64,000 bases of DNA from Octopus bimaculoides (taxonomy: Eukaryota), in the NCBI RefSeq assembly GCF_001194135.2, contig NC_068984.1:22060214-22124213 (forward strand), read 5' to 3'. Shown piece by piece: positions 13,021 to 26,839 of the stretch; within the stretch, counting starts at the first letter, position 1; each line of letters opens with the position of its first letter. The notes beneath the pieces are model-generated. The model saw only the letters and a program-made list of their open reading frames with translations, made no database searches and was not told the origin of the DNA. The position numbers and the translations under genes were made by a program.

Positions 13021-13307
13021 CTTTTATTCTTTTATTCTTTTACTTGTTTCAGTCATTTTGACTGCGGCCATGCTGGATCACGGCCTTTAGCCGAAGAAAT
13101 CGACCCCAGGACTTATTCCTTGTAAGTCAAGTACTTATTCTATCGGTCACTTTTGCCGAACCACTGATACAGGGACCCAAGCACACCAACATCGGTTGTC
13201 AAGTGGTGGTGTGGGGGGACAAACAGACACACAAATACATACATACATACATACACACACACACGCACACGCACACACACATATATATATACACACACAC
13301 GCACACG

Positions 13308-13378
<71 letters not shown>

Positions 13379-13522
13379 GACGGGCTTCTTTCAGTTTCCG
13401 TCTAGCAAATCCACTCACAAGTCTTATAGAAGATACTTGCCCAAGGTGCAACGCAGTGGGACTTAACCCGGAGCCATATGGTTAGGAAGCAAGCTTCTTA
13501 CCACACAGCCACTCCTGAGCCT
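13021..13522 (-). mobile_element. SINE family B, near full length with central (CA)/(TA) microsatellite
   Basis: tRNA-like head (GGCTGTGTGGTAAG..; CCGGGTT.AGTCCC), CORE-like ACCTTGGGCAAG, tail GCATGGCCGCAGTCAAAATGACTGAAACAAGTAAAAG. May correspond to the octopus CORE-SINEs (OR1/OR2); name not verified. Confidence 0.92.
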
Positions 13523-14197
13523 ATGTACATTCACTTATTTTATTATTTTTTTTTAATATTAAAATTATTTCGAGAGGCAAATATTTTCAAAATGTCTCGT
13601 TGGGATTTCGGCTTAATTAATAGTTTGAAGGTCAACCTTTTTGTTAGACCAGCTGGGAGAAGAAGTGGGGCTAAATTAATTGAAATTAAATAAAAGCTAG
13701 CATTGAATCTGCTACCATTGCGTTGCTATGTGTAACTTTATTAGAATATGTTCACGAGAAATTCTTTTGAATCAAGGCAAAATAGATTTAGAAAAAAAGG
13801 GAAAAACACCAAACAGATTGTATGAAAAAGGGGAAATTTGGAAGGAGAAATTATCGAGTAAGATTAAACAATAACATTTTTAAAATAATAAAATAGAACA
13901 AAATTGAGAATAATGTCGTTCTATTAATAGTAAATGAACACTGAATTAGAAATAAACAAGTTAAATAGTCCTATTAAAGAAAAATTACAATCGATGGAAC
14001 GTATTTTTGGTAGCAACAAGTAGAACAAAATATGCTAACGTTTCTTGTGAATTGGAAAGAAAGACGTTGAAAAAAATGTTCATTTTGAACAAAATGAACA
14101 ATTGTATTAAATGTCGAGAACAGAATAGTTAAAGTTATAATTAACTGAATATAGTTAGCATAAAGGCAAAACATGTTAAATTTAAAATAATAATAAT

Positions 14198-14670
14198 CCT
14201 TTCTGCTTAAGGCACAAAGCCTGAAAACTGCGGTGGGGACTAGTCAAATTCATCGACCCCAGTGTTTCACTTGTACTTTATTTATCGAAAGGATGAAGGC
14301 AAAGTCAACCATGGAGGAATTTGAAAAATAAACTTGGCTTCGGTGGGACATGAACTCGCAGCACAAAGATCTGTAACGAATGCCACCAAGCAGACTATCA
14401 ATGCTCCAACTACTCTGCCAGCTCACCGCCTTAATAATAACAATAATAACAATGACAATTCTTTGTAATACCGTCACAGGCCTGAAACTTTGAGGGAAGG
14501 GGATTTTGATTACGTCAACTCCAGTACTTGGCTGGTACGCATTTTATCGACCAAGAAAAAGAAAAGTGAAGTTGATCACGGCGGTATTTGAACTTAGAAA
14601 ACAAAAAAGCCGGAAAAATGCCACAGGCACTTTTTGTTCGACGCGCTAATATTCTGCCAGTTCACCTCTT
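14198..14670 (-). mobile_element. SINE family A, diverged dimer (14198-14432, 14461-14670)
   Basis: Reverse-complement matches to family A (ATCGACCCCAGT, AAAGGATGAAGGCAAAGTC, TTTGAAC, CTGCCAGCTCACCGCC); bordered by (AAT)n. Confidence 0.8.
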
Positions 14671-16488
14671 TATAATAATAATAATAATAATAATATATAT
14701 ATATATATATATAGAAAGCTCGTAAAAAAATAGCAACAATTTCTATATTTTAGCTTTCGTATATATCGTTCTTACCTTAATTTATATTTGAATCGTTTCC
14801 AAATAATATAAATAATTTAGTCCTGATATATCAAAATGTTGAATATCCATTAAAGAAAAGAAAAGAAAAAAAAACATGGTAATGTTACCAAAATCAAGAT
14901 ATGTTATTTCTTTCTACCATATATAGACCATATATATATACATTGAAATTCGTTGAAACCAAAATGATTGCGTTATTAAATATTTCAGTTTGCTCTATAA
15001 GAAACAGTGTATCTTCAACAAAGCAAATAACCAGCAATTTGCATTCTTATACACTGTGGATAGTTCACTCCGTTGTGACACTAGTTCCACTTAAATGCGC
15101 TCAGTTGGATAATTCTGAGTGAACTGAAGAAAGATGTATTGCAGGAGTGCTTGTTAGAATTATTCTTTCTGGTCGAATTTGCTTAGCTGGTTAACAGTAC
15201 TGCGTATCTGGAAGGATAATGTTGCCGCCACAGCTGGTTTCAGCTGCAATAGTGTAAAAGAAAGTCATTCGATCTGACGTATAACTTCCTTTTGCAGTGT
15301 ATTTGTTAATTATAATGGACGAATGGCAGTTGTACAGAAGGAATTCATTAAGGTGATAACAGTTGGCTAGTATGTTCTGTCTCTTACTCAAGGTCTTGAA
15401 TATCTTAGACAAATAAAGTTTGTAGTTTTGTGCTTTGTCAATGTAAGGGGTTGATTTGTTTCGATGTTCATATATGTAATTCGAGAGTTTCCGAACAAAG
15501 TGGGACATGTGGCGGACTTATTTGTGTATCAAATATTATTAATCTTAACCTCTTATAGTCAGGTGATACGTTATAAGCACTGCTGAATCTGAAAAATGTA
15601 CCCGCCAAACTAAGTGCTTTCTCACACATGTCTGCGGTTAAAACTCTCAGCAGCAATATCATCTTTCAGCTATGCAACAACAACCAGCTACTGGACATCA
15701 ACCATTGCAATTCGTGCTACTAACGCTCCTAGAATACGTCTGTTTCTTACAAATCTGTTCACCTGTGATTTCCTGATCAACCGCACATTACTCGGAACTT
15801 CTAGTAACAATGATGTTCCATCAACTCTTTCCTAATAAACATAAAATCTAAATAATACATTAAATACTATTTTCTTTCGTTTGAAAGCCACACAGAACAA
15901 CTATACTTCTTTACAATGAAATCGTACACATCCTCCCATTCTCTGAGATTTATTATGTCTTCTATATTTAATTGGAGCAGCAACGAGTTCACTGAACAGA
16001 GCTGAAGGCTGTTTAGAATATACTATAAAGTGAAGTGAGTATCTATTCAAGCGACACTTACAAGTGATTTTGAATTAATACATCCGATTCTTATAATATT
16101 TCGCTTGAGAAAGCCTTTCTGTTGAAACCTTGTAGAATCGATTAGAAATGAAAATGACAACTTCAAGAAGGAATTAGTAAAATTCGTTTAAAGAAGTTAA
16201 GTAGGTCTCCTTTCTAACTATTTATAAAGGCTGAAAAATCGATACTAGAATGCTTACAACAACAACTTTTAGTATCTGGATTGGATGAAATGGAGTTTTC
16301 CAATTTTTTTTACCTCTGAGTCATCTTAAAATTTAAGTTGAATTCAGTTAACTGCGAATAATTATGCACACGTGTGCATATGTAGATATGAACTAAAAGC
16401 GTGTAAGGCAGACGTCTCTTTTAAAAGGCTCCAATGTGCGAGGTGGTAGTGCATGGAATATACAATCCAAGTAGTAAACCACAACAGC

Positions 16489-16705
16489 ATTTGAACTCAG
16501 AACAGAAAGATCCAGAAGAAACCTTGACCCGACATTCTTACAGCCCCGCCATTCTACTGTACTAGATTAGATCTTTTTTATCAACCCCGACAGAAGGAAA
16601 AGTTGACTTCTGCAGGATTTGAACTCAGGAGCAGAGAAAATCATAATGAAATACCACGTGGCATTCTGTTCGAAGCTCCAAAATCTCCGCCAATTTGCAG
16701 CCTTT
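16489..16705 (-). mobile_element. SINE family A, two degraded fragments
   Basis: CATTTGAACTCAGAAC and TTTTATCAACCCCGA...AAGTTGAC..CAGGATTTGAACTCAG match the family A head and core. Confidence 0.6.
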
Positions 16706-16799
16706 AAAAAATTACACAGTAAGAATATGATATATTTCCAGCATATGAGCAGATGTGGCAATTCAAATGAACAGATTTCACAGTATATTATGAATAGAA

Positions 16800-17172
16800 G
16801 GTGGCGAATGCTTAGCGGCATTTCGTCTGTCTTTACGTTCTGAGTTCAAATTCCGCCGAGGTCGACTTTGCCTTTCATCCTTTCGGGGTCGATAAATTAA
16901 GTACCAGTTGCGTACTGGGGTCGATCTAATCGACTGACTCCCTCCTCAAGACTTTCGGGCCTTGTGCCTAGAGTAGAAGAGAAACGTTAGCACACCGGGC
17001 GAAGTGCTTAGCGGTATTTCGTGTCATTACATTCGAAATTCAAATTCCGCCGAGGTCGACTTTTTTTTCATCCTCTTGGGGTCGATAAATTAAGCACCAG
17101 TCGTGTACTGGGTCCGATCTAATAGACTGGCCTCCTCCCCCAAAATTTCGAGCCTTGTGCCTAGAGCAGAAC
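16800..17172 (+). mobile_element. SINE family A, dimer (16800-16980, 16981-17172)
   Basis: Two consecutive near-consensus copies; TATGAATAGA occurs on both sides of the dimer (~16789 and ~17180), a possible target-site duplication. Confidence 0.92.
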
Positions 17173-17544
17173 ACAATATATATGAATAGATGTTGCATAG
17201 GGAATATTTTCACTATATTTCCATTCACTAGATACATTTCTGTGGATTGATTTTCCATCTATTTCTCTGATGAACATTCATTTGCTCGACTAATAGTAAA
17301 CTTCATCGTGAATTAATATATAGTTTGTTAGGTGTCTCACAGTCAAGTATATTTTTTACCTCTGCCCAGGTCGAACTTATTCCATGTAACGTTTTTATCT
17401 ATGTTACACTTTATGTTCTCGATTTACACTAAGTGAACCAAATAATTATAACGCGGTCGGTTTTATTTTGGGAGCGTTGGCTTTTGGTATATACATAGTT
17501 TTGAGTCTGCGGAGTTACTGGAATTGCTATTCTAAAGTTTAATA

Positions 17545-17730
17545 TTTTGCCTTTTACTTGATTCAGTCACTGGATAGAGGCCAGGCTGGGATACCGTCAC
17601 GAAAGCTTGAGTCGAGCAAATCGACCAGAGTACATGTGATATTTTTACTATTTAGTCAGTGTTTTTTGCTGAAGCGCTAGATTACGAGGACGTGAAGAAA
17701 ACAACACCGATTGACAAGCGGTGTGGGGAG
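17545..17730 (-). mobile_element. SINE family B, degraded 3' half
   Basis: CTTTTACTTGATTCAGTCA..GAGCAAATCGACC..GATTACGAGGACGT..AACACCGATTGACAAGCG. Confidence 0.65.
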
Positions 17731-18139
17731 TCAACAATCTCAGAAAAGACACACATATTTATAGCGAGAGAGAGAGAGAGGGGGAAGGAGAAGAGAGAGT
17801 GTGGGAGAGAAAGTGGGAGGGAAACCACCTGACTTTATATACAGTATCTTTGTGAGCAGAAGCAGGGCGATAAGGTGGATTAACTTCAATCCTGTGTTGG
17901 CATGTCATTAGTAAATGAAGACTATCATACAATGCCGACAGAAATATTACTTATAAACTCACTATTACTTACAGTTTAATTAAATTGGCCAGACTGATTT
18001 GCATATAAACTCATTGTTGGCAACTAGTTCGTTTAGTAGATTATTGGTGCGTTAATAGTGTCTTGCTTAAATTCTATACTGTACTACAAATATCTAATAC
18101 ATTATTTTGAGTCAAAGCACTCTTAATGCACCAATAATT

Positions 18140-18480
18140 TATTAAACAAACTAGCTGCCAAGAACGTGTTGTATATGCAAACATAACAGGTTTGATGTAG
18201 TTGTTTGAGACACAAAAGAAAAATTATGAACAGTTACAAAGGCCAGCTGCCTGTAGATATGAACATATTTTTGAAAATCAATGAGTATAAGGATATTTAT
18301 GTACAACTGCCTCGAAATCTATAACTTCTCTACCCAAACAATAAATTGATATGTGGCCATATATTATCGGTGAACTCGATAATGTTACTAACTGTCTAAA
18401 TGGAGAAAAGAATCTTAAAAATCCTAATAAGTAATATTGGTAACTAGGTAACCGCTTTGACCAGCCAACATAAAGATTGA
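18140..18480 (+). mobile_element. R4/Dong-clade non-LTR retrotransposon, decayed 3' fragment (restriction-like endonuclease domain), copy 1
   Basis: Manual translation across stops and frameshifts: CKHNRFDVVV*DTKEKL*TV..SC, DMNIFLKINEYKDIYVQLPRNL*LLYPNNK, PYIIGELDNVTNCL. Matches the R4/Dong REL pattern HN(R/K)PD.VVW...E.SCP...RNLQ.LYP.Y...PIIIGALG as I recall it, and the homologous peptide in copy 3. Confidence 0.8.
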
Positions 18481-18694
18481 AAATACAGTCAAGTAGAACA
18501 CTAATAATAAGTATTTCCTAAAATTCAATACTCTTCAGCATTTGTGTTACTTAAACTCTGAGGAGACATATCTGAGTCTTTGCCAGAAGCGAGAATTTTT
18601 ATGAGAAGAAATTATAAAATTATAAAGGAAAAATAACACAATTGTATACACAATTACAAACACGTACATATGTATGTATATATTTATGGATGTG

Positions 18695-18782
<88 letters not shown>

Positions 18783-19979
18783 ATAGAAATATGTTACAAA
18801 AAGAAAATAGGAGCTATATATATATACATACACACNNNNNNNNNNNNNNNNNNNNNNNNNNNNNNNNNNNNNNNNNNNNNNNNNNNNNNNNNNNNNNNNN
18901 NNNNNNNNNNNNNNNNNNNNNNNNNNNNNNNNNNNNNNNNNNNNNNNNNNNNNNNNNNNNNNNNNNNNNNNNNNNNNNNNNNNNNNNNNNNNNNNNNNNN
19001 NNNNNNNNNNNNNNNNNNNNNNNNNNNNNNNNNNNNNNNNNNNNNNNNNNNNNNNNNNNNNNNNNNNNNNNNNNNNNNNNNNNNNNNNNNNNNNNNNNNN
19101 NNNNNNNNNNNNNNNNNNNNNNNNNNNNNNNNNNNNNNNNNNNNNNNNNNNNNNNNNNNNNNNNNNNNNNNNNNNNNNNNNNNNNNNNNNNNNNNNNNNN
19201 NNNNNNNNNNNNNNNNNNNNNNNNNNNNNNNNNNNNNNNNNNNNNNNNNNNNNNNNNNNNNNNNNNNNNNNNNNNNNNNNNNNNNNNNNNNNNNNNNNNN
19301 NNNNNNNNNNNNNNNNNNNNNNNNNNNNNNNNNNNNNNNNNNNNNNNNNNNNNNNNNNNNNNNNNNNNNNNNNNNNNNNNNNNNNNNNNNNNNNNNNNNN
19401 NNNNNNNNNNNNNNNNNNNNNNNNNNNNNNNNNNNNNNNNNNNNNNNNNNNNNNNNNNNNNNNNNNNNNNNNNNNNNNNNNNNNNNNNNNNNNNNNNNNT
19501 ATATATATATACATGCACGTAAAGAAAAGATAAGTTTCGTGAATGCCTTTACTTCATTTGAAACAGAAATGAATATCGAAGCTTACAGCTACTTAGGAAA
19601 ACGCAATGAAGAAATACTTCTACACAGTTTCATTTATAAAGCTTCATTGATCCAAGGCTATGATAGAAAACACTTACCCAGTGTGACTGGCAATGAGATC
19701 GAAACTCGAAACTAAAACTATGTGAACGTGAAATGAGCTTCTTAATCACCGAACCATTCCTTGTATATGATGCCTGACTTAAATAAAAATTAAATTCTTG
19801 CTGTAATTTAAATCGATTACTTTACTTAAACTGTGCCTACTAGTTGAAAAATGCTGAATTTATAGTTTTATTGTGATACAGAGAAGACGATATATGGTAC
19901 GCAATCAGACTTCGAGTTCTTGACAACCATTGCTGAATGACGAAAAATAATAGTGTAATATATATATATATATATATAT

Positions 19980-20013
<34 letters not shown>

Positions 20014-20016
20014 GAG

Positions 20017-20161
20017 GCAAGTAAGAAAATGGAGAGGATTTACAATTGACAAACATCAGCCAGTAAGCATTCAATTATATCAATGTTAAATGATTATAAA
20101 CATGTGTGAGTGATACAAATTAATGAATTAAATAAGTCAATAACTGCATAAACAGATATAT

Positions 20162-20253
<92 letters not shown>

Positions 20254-20419
20254 ATATATATATATATATATATAAACAAATGAATAATAATAGATGAGTG
20301 GCCATTCATAAATGTGCATCACTCACACATATGTTTATAATCATTTAATAAATCGATATGATTGAATGTTTACTGGCTGATGTTTGTCGATTGTATATCC
20401 TCTCCATTTTCTTATTTGC
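20017..20419. repeat. Long inverted repeat (arms 20017-20128 and 20304-20419) around a (CA)n/(TA)n spacer
   Basis: Left AAGAAAATGGAGAGGATTTACAATTGACAAACATCAGCCAGTAAG..; reverse complement of right AAGAAAATGGAGAGGATATACAATCGACAAACATCAGCCAGTAAA..; roughly 85-90% identity by hand over ~115 bp. Confidence 0.92.
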
Positions 20420-21752
20420 GTTATAAATCCTGGGTAAATTCCTTATTTACCTACACCCATACCTAATACTCAATTGCGATATTGCCATGCAACAGTAAGC
20501 ACTTGGTTATAAGTAATTAGGTTCACATCCAGTAATATATTGGATATTTAATATCCCTTAAGCGGTTTCTTAACCTTTAACTCACACAGAAATATATATA
20601 TATATATAAAACACGACTTGGTGAACGAATGAATGTAGCGCTCAACAAAACACATTTAGAAGGATTTATATTTTATAAGTGCAGCTTGACTCAGCTCCAC
20701 CTGAGACAAAATTATATATACACACATATACAGATACATACGAGTAAACAGACGACTGTATGAGGATTGTATACATATATTAGCAGAGGTCATTGGAATA
20801 TAAATAGTTTAGATCAGTATAAGATTTCTATTTATTAAGCATCACACTACTGAAATATGTCACTATCTGGAGCAGCATCAATTACAAACAACCATACATT
20901 ATACATATTCTCCCTACCGTATAAAATCAGATCTATTCATTACATAAGTTACAATATTTTAGCCAGCTCAGAGACGTGACACATTTTATCGCTATTATCC
21001 GCATCAGCAGAATCATATGAATTACACCAGTATCTATATTTCTCCTCCTCTCTCTATTTCTTAGACATTTTCCAATGTATCTATGTGTCTGTCTGACCAT
21101 CTGTCTATCCTCCTACTTATGCTAATATTTCTCTCTCTTAATCGCTCTTACCCTTACTTTGTGGCAATAATAAAATATCTATAGCTCTATAACTTTTGAA
21201 TGTTTTTATGTGCATGTAAGTATATATGTATGTGTGCATGTGTGTTTGTATCGAGATAGCTAGAGAAATTTCACACACACACACAAAAACGCATGTTTTT
21301 ATATAAAACAATTGTTGTTTATATAATGTGTATTTTTGAGCATCTCTTCTATATTTTTGTTTTATGTTAATACCCTAACCTACGCATATACACACAATGA
21401 CGCACATATACGTGTACTAACATAAACATATACCTTTCTATACAAATCCATGTCTTTATATGTGTTATGTGTGTAATACTTTGTTTCAATTCCGTTCCTT
21501 TTCTATCTCACACTCACATGTATGGCCATAGCTATCATTTGGCTACAAAGATTACGTTGTTCTTTTTCTGGCATGCTAAATCCACTCCATACCTTTTTCT
21601 TAATTTCTTGAAATTATGTCCCATTTTTCTCAGAAGACAAAAATAATTATTGCTACATATTTTCTGTTCTTTTCCAAGATAAGGAGAAACTTAACACACA
21701 CACACACACACACGCGCGCGTATATATTTGTGCTCACGTATATATATATGTG

Positions 21753-21792
<40 letters not shown>

Positions 21793-22878
21793 NNNNNNNN
21801 NNNNNNNNNNNNNNNNNNNNNNNNNNNNNNNNNNNNNNNNNNNNNNNNNNNNNNNNNNNNNNNNNNNNNNNNNNNNNNNNNNNNNNNNNNNNNNNNNNNN
21901 NNNNNNNNNNNNNNNNNNNNNNNNNNNNNNNNNNNNNNNNNNNNNNNNNNNNTGTGTGTGTGTGTGTGTAAGGGATGATGCATATTATCCGGTTGGGATC
22001 ATATAATTTAGTCTCATAGAACTTCCTTTAATCTCACCTGTTTGCTAACCCAATCAAGAGTGAAAGAGAAACAACTTACATTAGTTTCACTTCTCCTAAC
22101 TTACATACCTTTTGCTTCTTTATTTCATAAAATTGGCTATGCAGCTTTACAAAGATGAAGAAGCTGCGTGTTGGACAAAGACACAATGATAATGGAATGA
22201 AAATAAATGTTTGGTGGGAGAAGCAGACAACGCCCGCCGATTGTTACTTCCCGAACGCATTGTTCTCTTTTTTTTTTCCAACAAAACAAAATGAGATATT
22301 GAACCTCTTACCAGGGTTCAAAGAATGGACGCAATCCACCTTACATACTTTTTGCTTCTTGACGGCCAACTACTACAATTATTATAACGTGACAGCAAAC
22401 AAATACGCTAATCAATTACGTTAGAGTAATTGTGAGCGACCATATGATGGCATTGACTACTCTTTCAGAGATGCGTCAACGTGACCATTCGATGTGATAC
22501 AAACAATGTCTATTCTCCGGCCACATCTCGTCTTCTTTGAAAAAAAAGAGGTGGGCAAGTTTTGTAATGTGGTCTGTGACGAACTATGTAAGGAAGAAAG
22601 TTTGTGGTTAGAATGACCGTGATTATAATTCTACATGATTAGGTCTGCTTTGGGGCTTAACATCAAAAACAAGAAACCCTGTGGTGATCTATTTGATTTA
22701 TAAAGTTGTAATACAAGTGAAGAATATTTATCTTAAGTAAATATCTTGCCGATGAGAGAAAAAGAAGAAAAATGGCATTGCATGGTTGGCATGGAATCTT
22801 TTAGTAAGAATCGAGAATTGGAAGAGAAATAAAGACCAATAGGTTAATTTAAGCCAAGAAATTCAGCATATATTTAAG

Positions 22879-23300
22879 GGCAGGCGTGGCTGTGTAATAA
22901 GAAGCTTGCTTCCCAACCACATTATTCCGGTTTCAATCTACTGCATGGGACCTTGGGCAAATATCTTTTACTATAGCCTCGGGCTGACCAAAGCCTTGTG
23001 AGTAGATCTGGTAGATAAAAACTGAAAGAAGTCAGGCGTGGATATATATGAGTGTGTGTGTGTGGGGGGGGGGAATGCATATGCGTGTCTTTGTGTTTCT
23101 GTTTGTCTCCCACAAACACTTGACAACACTCTTGGCTTGTTTACGTCCTCTTAACTAAGCAGTTCCGCAAAAGAGCCGATGGAATAAGTACAGGTCTTTA
23201 AACAAAAAAGAATGAAGCAGATTCTTTCAGCTAAAAATTCTCCAAGGCGGTGTCCCAGCATGACCGCGGTCTGAAAACTGGAACAAGTAAAAGGTAAAAG
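22879..23300 (+). mobile_element. SINE family B, full length, diverged
   Basis: GCAGGCGTGGCTGTG..AAGAAGCTTGCTTCCCAACCAC; ACCTTGGGCAA; AAGGCGGTGTCCCAGCATGACCGCGGTC..AACAAGTAAAAG. Confidence 0.9.
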
Positions 23301-23454
23301 ATCTGACAGAAGAATATTTGGAGAAGTGGCGAAAGAAAAAGAGAAAATATAGGCAAAAGAAAAGAAAAGAGGGAAAAAAATAATAAAAATGATATATATC
23401 AGTATCTCAGTAGGTTCATGTCTATGCATGTGTATGCACGTGGGTGCACCATGT

Positions 23455-23636
23455 GTATATTGTGTGTGTGTGTGTGTATGTGTGTGTGTATGTGTGTGTA
23501 TGTGTGTGTATGTGTGTGTATGTGTGTGTATGTGTGTGTATGTGTGTGTATGTATGTGTGTGTATGTATGTGTGTGTATGTATGTGTGTGTATGTATGTG
23601 TGTGTATGTATGTATGTGTGTGTATGTGTGTGTGAG
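23455..23636. repeat. Compound (TG)/(TATG) microsatellite
   Basis: TGTGTGTGTA 10-mer units followed by TGTATGTGTGTGTA 14-mer units. Confidence 0.95.
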
Positions 23637-23859
23637 TATGCAGTTTGTTAAGGCAATGAATTTGAGAGATAATAGCCCTTTAATTGCATCTAATGTACAG
23701 CTTGGTGGTAGTGCAGTAGCACACGAAAGTGTGGCAAATCTTATGGACAATTTACCGTTTAAGTGATTGCCTATTTTGTAGGAACAGAAAAACGAACCAA
23801 ATGACAAACTAGATAAAAAAAAAAATAGAAAAATGTAGTTTTGGTAATGTTCCTATTGA

Positions 23860-24300
23860 CGCTAGTGTTATAGTTACTGTTGTAGTTGATGAGACATCAG
23901 AGGAGAGGAATAATGTAAAAATGGCGTCCATATGGATCTTTTCATTGTCGTGATAGTAATGGTATTTGTGGGAATTATGTCGGAGATAGCTCTGTCGATA
24001 GTTATTGTAATGTTAAGAGAATAGCCAGCTGATAACGGCTACAGTGTTGACAATGGTGATTTTAGTGATGTAGACGGTGGCATCGTATTTGTTAATGGTC
24101 AGAAGAAATAGTAGCGATTGCTTTAATATTGGTAGTTGAAACGTTGACTTTCACAGATGGCGGAGGTGGTAGTAGTGAAGGTGTGTGAAAGTGCTGTTGG
24201 CGGTGGTGAGATTACTTCTGATCTGTTCCCAGCAGAAGTAAAAGTGGTGGCGGTGATGACAGCAGTGGAGATACTGAGAAGGGAGGTATGTGGCCAGTCA
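23860..24300. repeat. Degenerate (GGT/GAT/AGT)n low-complexity tract
   Basis: Recurrent GTGGTG, GTAGTAG, GGTGAT; smaller analogues at 10095-10205 and 44615-44745. Confidence 0.6.
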
Positions 24301-24486
24301 TTCTAACTCATCAATGGAGCGATAACAATACGTTGGAACGTGTCTTGGACGCGGAAAGCAACTAGTGGTGTCTAGATTAGTTCCGGGACAAAGAGAAACC
24401 TCACATTACTATTCAAATTTTATTTTCGACCTACCTACCTACCAACCTTCATACTTACTTAAATACTTACCAATCTACAAATCTTC

Positions 24487-25150
24487 CTCTGTCTGTCTCT
24501 GTCTGTCTGTCTCTGTCTGTCTGTCTCTGTCTGTCTGTCTCTGTCTGTCTGTCTCTGTCTGTCTGTCTCTGTCTGTCTGTCTCTGTCTGTCTGTCTNNNN
24601 NNNNNNNNNNNNNNNNNNNNNNNNNNNNNNNNNNNNNNNNNNNNNNNNNNNNNNNNNNNNNNNNNNNNNNNNNNNNNNNNNNNNNNNNNNNNNNNNNNNN
24701 NNNNNNNNNNNNNNNNNNNNNNNNNNNNNNNNNNNNNNNNNNNNNNNNNNNNNNNNNNNNNNNNNNNNNNNNNNNNNNNNNNNNNNNNNNNNNNNNNNNN
24801 NNNNNNNNNNNNNNNNNNNNNNNNNNNNNNNNNNNNNNNNNNNNNNNNNNNNNNNNNNNNNNNNNNNNNNNNNNNNNNNNNNNNNNNNNNNNNNNNNNNN
24901 NNNNNNNNNNNNNNNNNNNNNNNNNNNNNNNNNNNNNNNNNNNNNNNNNNNNNNNNNNNNNNNNNNNNNNNNNNNNNNNNNNNNNNNNNNNNNNNNNNNN
25001 NNNNNCTCTCTCTCTCTCTCTCTCGCTACTCTCTCTCACTGCTCTCTCTCTCTCTCTCGCTACTCTCTCTCTCTCTCTCGCTACTCTCTGTCTCTCTCTC
25101 TACTCTCTCTCCCTCTCTCTACTCTCTCTCTCACTCTACTCTCTCTCTGC
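24487..25150. repeat. (TCTG)/(TC) compound microsatellite spanning a gap
   Basis: TCTCTGTCTGTCTG 14-bp period before the gap; (CT)n with CGCTA interruptions after it. Confidence 0.95.
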
Positions 25151-25592
25151 GTCTTTTTCTATCTATCTACATATGTCATGTGTATACAAACATACACACA
25201 CATATGTATACATACACAAATACACATACACGTATAGACAAACATATAGATATAAGATCTTTTGTACGCTTGAATATATGTGATTATGTGCTTATATGTG
25301 TGGGCATGTGTGCGCATATGTGAATATAGATAAGTATGTTTGTGTACGTGAGCGTGTTTGTGTACGTGAGCGTGTTTGTGTTGTGTATGTTTTGTATGTG
25401 TGCGTGAACGTGTATGTGCGTGAACGTGTATGTGCGCGCGCGAGCCTGAGTACTTGTAAGTTCCGGGCCGATGGTTTTCTACATTCCATTCTACTTCTTT
25501 ATTGTCCTGAAAATTGGCATCTTCTTATAGAGTAACGCAGACATATTGAGTTAAGGTCATATATGTGCAAGTACACACAAACACAATTCGTA

Positions 25593-25658
<66 letters not shown>

Positions 25659-26289
25659 TGTATGTTTATTTATGTACANNNNNNNNNNNNNNNNNNNNNN
25701 NNNNNNNNNNNNNNNNNNNNNNNNNNNNNNNNNNNNNNNNNNNNNNNNNNNNNNNNNNNNNNNNNNNNNNNNNNNNNNNNNNNNNNNNNNNNNNNNNNNN
25801 NNNNNNNNNNNNNNNNNNNNNNNNNNNNNNNNNNNNNNNNNNNNNNNNNNNNNNNNNNNNNNNNNNNNNNNNNNNNNNNNNNNNNNNNNNNNNNNNNNNN
25901 NNNNNNNNNNNNNNNNNNNNNNNNNNNNNNNNNNNNNNNNNNNNNNNNNNNNNNNNNNNNNNNNNNNNNNNNNNNNNNNNNNNNNNNNNNNNNNNNNNNN
26001 NNNNNNNNNNNNNNNNNNNNNNNNNNNNNNNNNNNNNNNNNNNNNNNNNNNNNNNNNNNNNNNNNNNNNNNNNNNNNNNNNNNNNNNNNNNNNNNNNNNN
26101 NNNNNNNNNNNNNNNNNNNNNNNNNNNNNNNNNNNNNNNNNNNNNNNNNNNNNNNNNNNNNNNNNNNNNNNNNNNNNNNNNNNNNNNNNNNNNNNNNNNN
26201 NNNNNNNNNNNNNNNNNNNNNNNNNNNNNNNNNNNNNNNNNNNNNNNNNNNNNNNNNNNNNNNNNNNNNNNNNNNNNNNNNNNNNNNNN

Positions 26290-26328
<39 letters not shown>

Positions 26329-26839
26329 GAGAAAACTGATTTCTAAAACAGAGAGTGTGTGTGAGTGCGTGCATGCGTGTGTGCGTGTGTGTGTTTTTTG
26401 CTGTTAAAATTATGAGGAAAAATATGGCTGAGCTTGAGTTTTCAACGCTATTTTAATTTTAAAAACGTGCATAAACGACATGGTTGAAATAACGTGATGG
26501 TTAGCAAAACTTTATGATGCATGTGTATTTGATTACTCTTTATGATATATATGCTTATTTCATTTAAATGGTAATTAAAAAGTGAATAAATATTTTGAAA
26601 AATTATACAGCCCTCTATTAAATTTATTCTCTTCGTTGAAGTTAATAATATATATCTTTCAGTGATATACCTCTAAAGCAATTTTTTAACCATTCTATAT
26701 TTCAGCATTGATAATTTAAAAATCCCGATAAAGGATGCATTATACTGTTTTAATGGGATCCGAAATAAAACTGAGAATATATTCGTGAACATTTGTAGCG
26801 TTACATATTTCTAGGATACTGAAGTATTTTTGTTGTATA

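Noticed and set aside
15191-15835. ORFs at 15.2-15.8 kb as coding or LINE endonuclease remnants
   Set aside because: Only one weak word (QLCNNNQLL); no ordered motif series and no splice support.
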